Part shown: piece by piece, positions 17,125 through 23,972 of the stretch
How positions within the stretch are numbered: the first letter of the stretch is position 1
Layout: every line of letters begins with the position of its first letter
Virus record (IMG/VR): IMGVR_UViG_3300006851_000014
Location: 1-32,162 of that record
DNA from: a virus
Lineage: Duplodnaviria; Caudoviricetes
Reading direction: 5' to 3' (one strand)
DNA length: 32,162 bases
The notes under the pieces: generated by a model
What the model was told of the DNA's origin: nothing
Databases searched by the model: none
Seen by the model: the letters and a program-made list of their open reading frames with translations, nothing else
Made by a program: the position numbers and the translations under genes

Positions 17125-18075
17125 TTAGCCGTTCGGGTCCGTAGTACGGAGCTCGACCGCGCTCTCGGGACGGAGCCAGCCGTGGCCGACCAGGTACCGC
17201 GCCGTGAGGAGCGTGCCCAGTCGCCGCGGGTCCCAGTCCATCGAGGCCGCGAGGTCCTTCAGCTTCACCGTACCGACCGCCGAGCGGTGCATGACGAGGC
17301 CGGCCACATCCGAGTAGTCCGCACGGTACTTCTGGTGCAGGTCGGTGTTGGTGGTGTCGTCCTCGGTCGGGAGGTTGTTGGTCTTGATGATCGGCAGACC
17401 CGCGATGCGGATGATAACGCCGTCACCGTAGCTCCCCTGACCGTCGAAGTCGCGGTGAATCGCCTTCGAGCTGGACGAGACCAGGCGGTAGTAGAGATCC
17501 GGCTTGACGAAGCAATAACGGTCGCTGTCGGGAACATCCTTCTCGTCCAGGCGGGCCTGGGCCTCGAAGAGCATGTCCGCGAAAGTGTCGGCGTCCGTGA
17601 GGGCGTCGGCAGACCAAATCTGCTCACCGCCCGGGAGGCCGTTCACCGGGTTCGACGCACGAGCCGCCTGGATGGCGACACGGGCCACGTTCATGTCGAA
17701 GATGTTCGCGAGCTCCTCGCCCTGCTGGGCCGCGTACTCCGAGCGGACCTCGAAGTGGCTGATGAGCTCGTCGATCTCCGGGATGAACATGGGGCTCACC
17801 AGGATGTCGTCCACCGTGATGATGGCCTCGGCCTGGTTAGCCTGTTCGCCCAGGATCTCATGGCCCGGCGTGTGGTAGTACGCCGACACCCGGCCAGTAC
17901 GGGGGAAGCTGGCGCTCTTGCCATACGGGATGTTCCGCACGAGATGTCGGCTCATGAACGCAGTACGCCGACGAAATGCTGTTACGACCATGCCGCCGTA
18001 AATCTTCAGGAACAGCGCACGATCGTCACCGGCCTGGTTTACCTGGCCGATGCGTAGAGGATTAGCGTTTGCCAT
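17125..18075 (-). CDS. Major capsid protein (T7 gp10-like)
   Basis: ALFLKIYGGMVVTAF, GKSASFPRTGR, YHTPG, AVGTVKLKDL and GHGWLRPESAVEL motifs. Confidence 0.97.
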   Translation of the reverse strand: MANANPLRIGQVNQAGDDRALFLKIYGGMVVTAFRRRTAFMSRHLVRNIPYGKSASFPRTGRVSAYYHTPGHEILGEQANQAEAIITVDDILVSPMFIPEIDELISHFEVRSEYAAQQGEELANIFDMNVARVAIQAARASNPVNGLPGGEQIWSADALTDADTFADMLFEAQARLDEKDVPDSDRYCFVKPDLYYRLVSSSSKAIHRDFDGQGSYGDGVIIRIAGLPIIKTNNLPTEDDTTNTDLHQKYRADYSDVAGLVMHRSAVGTVKLKDLAASMDWDPRRLGTLLTARYLVGHGWLRPESAVELRTTDPNG

Positions 18076-18152
18076 GGTGGGATTACTTCCAAGGAAAGAG
18101 TTGACCTGAGGGTTAGCTCCGGTGCCCTCTCGCCTTGCTGTGCGCCTTGTTT

Positions 18153-18238
18153 CTCCAGGGGTGTCCGTCGCAACGGGCCCGAGGTACTCCTTGGGTCTGC
18201 AAGGGGTTGGGCTCCACCCCCTGAGAAGGGGTGTGGAA
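18153..18238 (-). promoter_or_regulatory. Structured 5' leader of capsid gene (two hairpins)
   Basis: Hairpin CACCCC-UUCUCAG-GGGGUG (18215-18233) and hairpin GGGC-CCGU-UGCG-ACGG-ACA-CCC with an asymmetric internal loop (about 18153-18183). Confidence 0.55.
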
Positions 18239-18274
18239 TCCGGTGCTGTTTTCCTTGGGGTGGGGTACTACAAG

Positions 18275-18348
18275 ACGGATCGGCGGGGATCGAACCCGCG
18301 CACCTTAGGACTTTCTCAGCCCGGCTCTACCAACTGAGCTACGATCCG
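18275..18348 (-). tRNA. tRNA-like element with non-canonical anticodon arm (isotype undetermined; pseudo-tRNA or mimic)
   Basis: Acceptor CGGAUCG/CGAUCCG, U8A9, D-arm GCUC-AGUUGGUA-GAGC and T-arm GCGGG-UUCGAUC-CCCGC are all canonical. The anticodon arm GGGCU-GAGAA-AGUCC has a 5-nt loop, the variable region is 8 nt, and no CCA is encoded. Confidence 0.8.
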
Positions 18349-18423
18349 TATAGGAGCCGGGGCCCGAGGAACGGGCAGGAGGGAGACCCGTAGGGCCCCG
18401 GCAGAGCCCCGTGAGGGGCCTAA

Positions 18424-18612
18424 CTACTCCTTGTTGTCCGAGCGATTACGAAGCCAGGCCGTAGCCGACCAGGCGCCGAGAATCCCGGACACAACAAGCT
18501 CAGCGTTCTCCACGATGGCCGTAGCGAACTCGGCCGGGATGAGACCCAGGCCGGCGAACGCAGAACCAATAGCGAGGAACGCCGGGCGAAGCTGCCGCCA
18601 TGAGAAGCGCAT
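18424..18612 (-). CDS. Small two-TM membrane protein, probable holin (62 aa)
   Basis: SD GGAG and ATG at 18612. MRFSWRQLRPAFLAIGSAFAGLGLIP..LVVSGILGAWSATAW with a charged tail; two hydrophobic segments. Confidence 0.55.
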   Translation of the reverse strand: MRFSWRQLRPAFLAIGSAFAGLGLIPAEFATAIVENAELVVSGILGAWSATAWLRNRSDNKE

Positions 18613-18733
18613 AACATCTCCGGTGGTTGGAAGAGGCCTCACAGGCTCAGGGCCTATGAGGTCGAGAGGTTCCGGCGAAGGATGGGGATGTCCTCCCTAC
18701 CAGGCTTCGCCAGGTTGATCTTGGGTTTCAGTA

Positions 18734-19492
18734 TTAGAGGATGTCCGAAGCGGCCACCCGCTTATCCACCTCGGCCCGGTAGGTCGGGTCGGTACGGTAG
18801 CGCGGGTCGCCCATAGCGGCCGTGAGCTGGTCGAGGCTGGAGAAGGGCTTCACGCCCCGACTCTGCGGGACGTTCTCACCGCCCACAAGGTTCGGCTCTC
18901 GGCCGTTCGTGGCCTCGTACTGGGCCCGCATGGACCTCAGGAGCATCTTGGCGAGGGTCGCGTTCCCGGTGCCGACCGCCTCGTTGTAGGCCTCGATCTC
19001 CTCCTTCGGGAGGCCGGTCTTGGCCCAATCCAGGAGGGACCGGAAGGCCTCAGGGCCTCCCGCAGCGTCGTTCAGTTCCGCCACGAGCCGCTCGCCGCGG
19101 GCCTTGATACCTTCGGCCCAGGTGTCCACGTCGGCTCGGGAGAGGCCCTTCTCCTTCTCCAGGCGCTCGTAGGTCTCGTCGGAGATCTCGCCGCTCTCGG
19201 AGAGCTCATCCACCACATCCGCGAGGGTGAAGGACTCCGGGGTCTCCGGGACCTCAGGCTCGCTCGTGTCGATGGTACCGTCCGGACGTTCGGGGGCCGG
19301 GGGAGCCTCGGAGGCCTCGCCGGACTCCTGGGACCCAATGGAACCCAGTTTGGACTCCAACTCCTTGTAGGCCTTCACAAGGTCGTCAGTGGTCTTGAAC
19401 TTCCCGGCGAGGAGGTCGCCGGCCTCAGGGGACTGAGGATCAGGCTCGATGTCCTCCTCGCCCACTGTGACCTCGACGCTGTCGTGCGCCAT
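18734..19492 (-). CDS. Capsid assembly scaffolding protein (T7 gp9-like)
   Basis: GKFKTTDDLVKAYKELESKLG, AGGPEAF..WA, and C-terminal AMGDPRYRTDPTYRAEV motifs. Confidence 0.93.
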   Translation of the reverse strand: MAHDSVEVTVGEEDIEPDPQSPEAGDLLAGKFKTTDDLVKAYKELESKLGSIGSQESGEASEAPPAPERPDGTIDTSEPEVPETPESFTLADVVDELSESGEISDETYERLEKEKGLSRADVDTWAEGIKARGERLVAELNDAAGGPEAFRSLLDWAKTGLPKEEIEAYNEAVGTGNATLAKMLLRSMRAQYEATNGREPNLVGGENVPQSRGVKPFSSLDQLTAAMGDPRYRTDPTYRAEVDKRVAASDIL

Positions 19493-19599
19493 TAGTTAGT
19501 CCTCCGGTAGATTCCCTTACGGCTGGTCTCAATGGCCACGTTCTCGGTCTTCTTCTCAGCGGCCTTCGTCGCCGTCTTGGTGCTCTTCTTCTTACTCAT
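19492..19599 (-). CDS. Small Lys-rich hypothetical protein (35 aa; not in ORF track)
   Basis: MSKKKSTKTATKAAEKKTENVAIETSRKGIYRRTN. SD AAGGAG; ATGA overlap with the portal stop and TAATG overlap with the scaffold start. Confidence 0.7.
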   Translation of the reverse strand: MSKKKSTKTATKAAEKKTENVAIETSRKGIYRRTN

Positions 19600-21182
19600 A
19601 TCTCTCCTTCAGGGGACGGTTGGCCGGCTTGTCGGACAGCCTCAGGGCCGACCTTCTCGGCCATGGCCTGAGCCTGTGCGGCCTCTTGCTCGGCCTGGAG
19701 TTCTTCCTCGGTCTTGATGAGGCCCTCGTAGTTGAGCCCCACAGCGGTAGCCACGCGTTTGGCGAAGGCTTCCTGTCGGAACAGGTTAGCCACGGCTTCC
19801 GGCCCGAAGGTCTCGACGAGCTCCTGTCGGAACTCGCGGAGCTTGTTCAGGTCGGCGGTCCTTCCAAGAGCGTCCACCCCGGAAATGATCTCGGCGCGGA
19901 CCGCGTTGTCGGGTAGGCGGGGAATGTCCCCGGCCCTCGCCATCTGGTGTAGGAGTACGTTGGCGATAGGCGCCTGTAGCTCCTGCCCCAGGACAGAATA
20001 GATCCCGCCGAGGGACTGTTCGAGCTCCTGGACCACGGCACGGATCTCCTCAGCGGTCACTCGCTCGGCGTCCCGTCGGACCCCGCTGAAGAGGAGGAAG
20101 GCCTCTTCGAGCCGCTGGCGGATGTCGTCCATGGTCTCCTTGGCGACCCGGAAGTCCGCGAACTTATCGAGCTGGAAGACCGTTACGTCCTTGGCGTTGC
20201 CGGGGAGTACATCCCCGGACTCGGCCTCGCTGACCATCCTCACCGTCACGCGGCCGTTGTCGTCCACGAACACGAGGATCTTGGCCGCGGCGGCGGTGAA
20301 CATGACGATGGCCTTTGCCAGGGCCTCCAGGCTCCTGAGGTCGCCTATGTACTGCTCTACGAACCCACGGCCGTAGTCCTCCCCATCCACCTTTATGAGG
20401 CGTAGGGGAATCCACGGACACTTATCGAGCGGATAGGTCCCTTCGGAGCCAGGGATCGGCTTCCCTAGTACCTCCTGGTAAACCTCCCACCGGGAGTCCT
20501 TTCGGAGGACGCGGGTGTAGATGTCGATGTCATCCGTGGTCGGGCCGTCTTCCTTCAGGCCCTGCTGGGGCTCTTCACCCTCAACCACTTCGCGGGCCCC
20601 TTCCGGGAGCGCCACACGGGCCACGGTCTCCTTAATTACCATCTCTACCGCGTTACCGGCTTTGTCCCGCTTGACAACGTATGCGGAGAGAGGGTGCAGC
20701 CGTACGCCACCATCCTTCATGATCTGGATGAGGACGTTGCCGGCCACGATCAGGTGCTTCATGACCTCGTTGAGGGTCGCGCGGTAGCCGCGGTGCTCCA
20801 TTCGTGTGATGACGGTGCGCTCCACGCGGGACAACGCAGCGTCGAACTCGCCCTTCGCGTCCTCGTAGCCCGCCCCGGTCTCGGAAATGAGTTCGTCGAG
20901 GACGTACTCCTCCATCGAGAGGCGGAAGAACGTGTGGCCCGGAGGGAAGAGGGCCAGCATGAGCTTCGCGGCTAGATGGTTGGCGCCACGGGCTCCGATA
21001 CTCTGGAAGGGCTGGTAGGTTTCCTGTGAGGAGTTATCGCCCTCTTCAGGAATTAGGGCGGGGATGGAGAGCTTCGCGCACGCACGCGCCCGTTCCAAGT
21101 ACGGGTTCCGCTCCGTCTGGAGACGGGTGTATCGCTCCTGTGCCGTGGCTCTCTCAAGCGCAGGGGCTTCTCGTTCTGCCAT
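19596..21182 (-). CDS. Portal / head-tail connector (T7 gp8-like)
   Basis: QSIGARGANHLAAKLMLALFPP, GEDYGRGFVE, RDAERVTAEEIR..ELEQSLGGIYS motifs. Confidence 0.97.
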   Translation of the reverse strand: MAEREAPALERATAQERYTRLQTERNPYLERARACAKLSIPALIPEEGDNSSQETYQPFQSIGARGANHLAAKLMLALFPPGHTFFRLSMEEYVLDELISETGAGYEDAKGEFDAALSRVERTVITRMEHRGYRATLNEVMKHLIVAGNVLIQIMKDGGVRLHPLSAYVVKRDKAGNAVEMVIKETVARVALPEGAREVVEGEEPQQGLKEDGPTTDDIDIYTRVLRKDSRWEVYQEVLGKPIPGSEGTYPLDKCPWIPLRLIKVDGEDYGRGFVEQYIGDLRSLEALAKAIVMFTAAAAKILVFVDDNGRVTVRMVSEAESGDVLPGNAKDVTVFQLDKFADFRVAKETMDDIRQRLEEAFLLFSGVRRDAERVTAEEIRAVVQELEQSLGGIYSVLGQELQAPIANVLLHQMARAGDIPRLPDNAVRAEIISGVDALGRTADLNKLREFRQELVETFGPEAVANLFRQEAFAKRVATAVGLNYEGLIKTEEELQAEQEAAQAQAMAEKVGPEAVRQAGQPSPEGEI

Positions 21183-21193
21183 TCAGCCTCCTG

Positions 21194-21373
21194 CTAAACT
21201 TGGGTGAGGTCATTGGCTTGCCGTTGGACCTCCCGACGCACTCGCCCGACTACCTGTTGCTGACCGACGAGTACGTCGTACTGCTTCTCCGTGAGGGGGT
21301 CTTCGGGGACCCTTCCGGGGAACAAGTGCTCCAACCAGACAAGAACCTCAGGTGGGATGTAGGGTGCTTGCAC
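21194..21373 (-). CDS. Small conserved protein, probably T7 gp6.5-like (59 aa; not in ORF track)
   Basis: GTG start with SD GAGGT, directly after the phage promoter at 21404-21426. Sequence MQAPYIPPEVLVWLEHLFPGRVPEDPLTEKQYDVLVGQQQVVGRVRREVQRQANDLTQV; the LE.LFP..P and GQ..V pattern is seen at this locus in T7-like phages. Confidence 0.7.
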   Translation of the reverse strand: MQAPYIPPEVLVWLEHLFPGRVPEDPLTEKQYDVLVGQQQVVGRVRREVQRQANDLTQV

Positions 21374-21403
21374 GGTATACCTCGGGTGGGATACATAGGG
21401 GGT

Positions 21404-21426
21404 CCTTCCTATATGGTCGGGTATTG
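21404..21426 (-). promoter_or_regulatory. Phage RNAP promoter (start of structural module)
   Basis: CAATACCCGACCATATA|GGAAGG, matching three other copies and the 17+6 layout of the T7 promoter. Confidence 0.85.
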
Positions 21427-21443
21427 AAGGACCCCCTACAGGG

Positions 21444-22004
21444 TCAGTGGGCCGTCTCCGGGTTGATTCCCAGGACGTGCTCGATCTCGTCGATCTGGTC
21501 GATCACTTCGGCCCAGTCGTCAGCCCGGAAAGGCCATACGAACTGTTCGTTGTGGGGCGCCTTGTAGAGGAGTGCGTAGCCGGGAAAGGTCTCGATATTG
21601 TGGGCCCCGTCGTCAATGAGGACCTGTCCTTGGACAAGGCTCTTATCCTGCGCCACGATGAGGTCGTTGAGGTCCGTGAGGAACCCGTGTCGTTTCAACC
21701 AACGGGCCTTCTGGTCCATCGAACCAACCACCGCAGCCGTTACGAAGACGACACGGTGGCCGCGGCGGCGGAGCTCCTGGATACCTTCGAGGGCTCCGGG
21801 GATGGGCTCCACCATGGAGTACAGGTTCGGCATTCGGAGGAAGTTGTGTATGTCCGTCCCGCACTCAGGCTTGACGTTGCGGTGCATATCCCATTCGGTG
21901 ATATCCTCCGGGGAGAGATCGTCGTCGTACTTCGCGTTGTAGCGCCGAACCCACTCGCTGAGGAGGTCGGCCACCACCCCGTCCACGTCGCATAGGATGA
22001 TCAT
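21444..22004 (-). CDS. 5'(3')-deoxyribonucleotidase (HAD, NT5C-like)
   Basis: HAD motif I DVDGVVAD, EPIPGALE, FVTA, and DKSLV..LIDD..HN. Confidence 0.9.
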   Translation of the reverse strand: MIILCDVDGVVADLLSEWVRRYNAKYDDDLSPEDITEWDMHRNVKPECGTDIHNFLRMPNLYSMVEPIPGALEGIQELRRRGHRVVFVTAAVVGSMDQKARWLKRHGFLTDLNDLIVAQDKSLVQGQVLIDDGAHNIETFPGYALLYKAPHNEQFVWPFRADDWAEVIDQIDEIEHVLGINPETAH

Positions 22005-22219
22005 GTTACCTCCGCGTCTTTGAGACCCTTCTTGGCCCGTTCCGCAGCCAGGTAGAGGCCCCGTAGTACGCCAAGTTCGTAAGCGTCGTCGAAGTTTCCC
22101 CCCGCTGCGTCCATCGGGTCGAAGAAGCTATCCTCATCGTGGTAGGCTTCCGGGTTGTAGCCCCCAGAGTCCGCGATGTCCTGGAGCGCGGAGCGTAGGT
22201 TCTCGCAGGGATCAAACAT
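22001..22219 (-). CDS. Hypothetical acidic protein
   Basis: 72 aa, SD GGAGGGG, overlaps both neighbours in a coupled arrangement. Confidence 0.65.
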   Translation of the reverse strand: MFDPCENLRSALQDIADSGGYNPEAYHDEDSFFDPMDAAGGNFDDAYELGVLRGLYLAAERAKKGLKDAEVT

Positions 22220-22748
22220 CGGCCCCTCCCCCGTTGGGGTCGAACCCGGCCTTGGCCTCCAACTCCTCCTGGAGCATTGCCAGAGCCCGCCAGGCCACCT
22301 TGGCCGTATGACTGATTCCGTCCGTGTCCAAGGTACCGCGCTCGATTAGGTGCCGCATGAGGCAATCAGCGTGATCGGTCGACTTCCCACGGGCCCAATG
22401 GAGCGGCTGTCCGGGATTGTGTTGGTCGTTACCGGCCTTAGAGAGCCTCGCGACCTCTGCAAGGGCCAGAGGGAAATAATCGATGACCCCCGTGGCGATG
22501 GGGGTATCCTTGCGGTCCCCACGGTCGTTGGGTAGAGCCCGGAGTACGTCCTGTTGTGGTCCTAGGCGAGGGTCCTTCTCGGAGGTGGTTTCCTTTACCT
22601 CTTCTGTCTCCTCCGTAGGGACAGGCTCGACGCGGTATCCCTGACACCCAGGAGTGGCGCAAACAGTGTATACAGGGGAGAGTGGGTTTAGAGGAGAATA
22701 CGACTTCGTGGTTCCACAACCAGCACAGCGGTACCTTATGGTGTCCAT
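22212..22748 (-). CDS. dATP/dGTP diphosphohydrolase-domain protein (DUF5664-like) with N-terminal Zn ribbon
   Basis: YFPLALAEVARLSKAGNDQH..LHW.RGKS.DHADCLMRHL..D.DG..H.AKVAWRALA; N-terminal CAGC..CATPGC. Confidence 0.8.
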   Translation of the reverse strand: MDTIRYRCAGCGTTKSYSPLNPLSPVYTVCATPGCQGYRVEPVPTEETEEVKETTSEKDPRLGPQQDVLRALPNDRGDRKDTPIATGVIDYFPLALAEVARLSKAGNDQHNPGQPLHWARGKSTDHADCLMRHLIERGTLDTDGISHTAKVAWRALAMLQEELEAKAGFDPNGGGADV

Positions 22749-23518
22749 AGGATGACCTCCTTCTTATTGTAGTCGTAGTCGGTAGCCCGGCAGATGCGGG
22801 CAACGCGAGCGTTCATGAGGGCGACCTCCTCAGAGAGGCCTGCTTTCTCGTAGGCCTCGACGATGGCCTTCCAGGCCCCTTCCAGGTCAGGTTCTTCGTC
22901 CTTGAAGAAGGGGTCCAGGATCTTCGCGGCCCTCTTGGGGCCGATCCCTGGACAGCCCTTGTAGCCGTCCGTAGGGTCTCCCGTGAGAGCTTGGGTGTAG
23001 AAGAAGCGGTCAGCCTCTTTCAACGTGATGTTTTCCAGGGTCTTCTTGTCGTAGTCGTAAAAGAGTCCCGGAATCGTCCGCATGTCCTTGTCGATCGCGG
23101 CGATGATCTTCTCGCCAGGGTAGAGCCGCGGATGCGTGGCGAGAATCCCCAGCACGTCGTCCCCTTCGAGCGTAGGTCGGAGGTAGGTGTCGTACTTCTC
23201 CAGGACGTACTCCCGAAGGGGTTGGTAGACGACGGGCTTACGACTCTTCGTGCGGTTGGCCTTGTAGTCCGGCATGACCAGGGGCCTCCACCGGGTCTCC
23301 TCCTCACACGAGAGAGCGACAACCAGGTGGTCGGCCTCAAGGTCCTCCACGATCCTCGTGATGCTGGTCTCCAGGCGCTCGATAGCGTCATCGAGGTTCG
23401 CGTGGAGGGTCCAAAGCCATTCGGACCATTGGACCTCCTGCTCGGCGCCGGACGCGGCCGAGTAGATCACCGTGTCCCCGTCGAGGAGGACGGTGCGTTT
23501 CTTCTTTTTAGAGGTCAT
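22736..23518 (-). CDS. 5'-3' exonuclease (T7 gp6-like)
   Basis: LLDGD, YKANR, LEGDDVLGI, DKDMRTIPG and QALTGDPTDGYKGCPGIG motifs. Start at ATG 23518 with SD GGAG. Confidence 0.95.
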   Translation of the reverse strand: MTSKKKKRTVLLDGDTVIYSAASGAEQEVQWSEWLWTLHANLDDAIERLETSITRIVEDLEADHLVVALSCEEETRWRPLVMPDYKANRTKSRKPVVYQPLREYVLEKYDTYLRPTLEGDDVLGILATHPRLYPGEKIIAAIDKDMRTIPGLFYDYDKKTLENITLKEADRFFYTQALTGDPTDGYKGCPGIGPKRAAKILDPFFKDEEPDLEGAWKAIVEAYEKAGLSEEVALMNARVARICRATDYDYNKKEVILWTP

Positions 23519-23569
23519 GGGCCAGTCTCCGCCGTACAAACCGGCTGTCGTCTCTGTGGTCGTAGTAAC

Positions 23570-23971
23570 TCACTTCACTCTCCAGTTATCAGGGTTGTAG
23601 TCGTGCTCCCAAGGCCGTGTGGACGGTCCCCACTTCTCCAACGTGATTGACGAGAGGGAGGGTAGGTCCTCGAAGGGGATGAGCCACACACGGCCTTGGT
23701 GGGCTACGGCCAAGATGTCGAAATCCCCTGGCTCGTAGGGCCGCGTCCCTCGGTCCGGTTTGTCTAGACGAACTCGTAGGTAGGTGTTCGGTCCGGACTC
23801 CTCTTCGCGGGCGCTCTTGACCTGCACGGTCTCGAACACTCCGTCTTTCTGGATCACAAGGTCGTGTCGGCTCTGCGTCACTGAGGGCCAGTAGACGGCA
23901 TAGCCTCTGGAAAGGTAGAAGGCCGCAACCTCATACTCGGTCGCGGCCCCCTGTAGATGATGCGGATTCAT
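23570..23971 (-). CDS. Free-standing PD-(D/E)XK endonuclease (homing endonuclease-like)
   Basis: G.A.E..V...L.RGY.V..P.....HDLVI..VQVKS..Y...DFD pattern of the group I intron-associated PD-(D/E)XK family. Confidence 0.8.
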   Translation of the reverse strand: MNPHHLQGAATEYEVAAFYLSRGYAVYWPSVTQSRHDLVIQKDGVFETVQVKSAREEESGPNTYLRVRLDKPDRGTRPYEPGDFDILAVAHQGRVWLIPFEDLPSLSSITLEKWGPSTRPWEHDYNPDNWRVK

Positions 23972-23972
23972 G

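Noticed and set aside
17110-17160. T7 10B-type capsid frameshift extension
   Set aside because: No slippery sequence near the 3' end, and the terminator begins about 15 nt after the stop.
18275-18348. Calling the element a functional tRNA-Leu(GAG) or tRNA-Phe(GAA)
   Set aside because: Neither register gives a 5-bp stem closing a 7-nt loop with U33, and the long variable arm of tRNA-Leu is absent.
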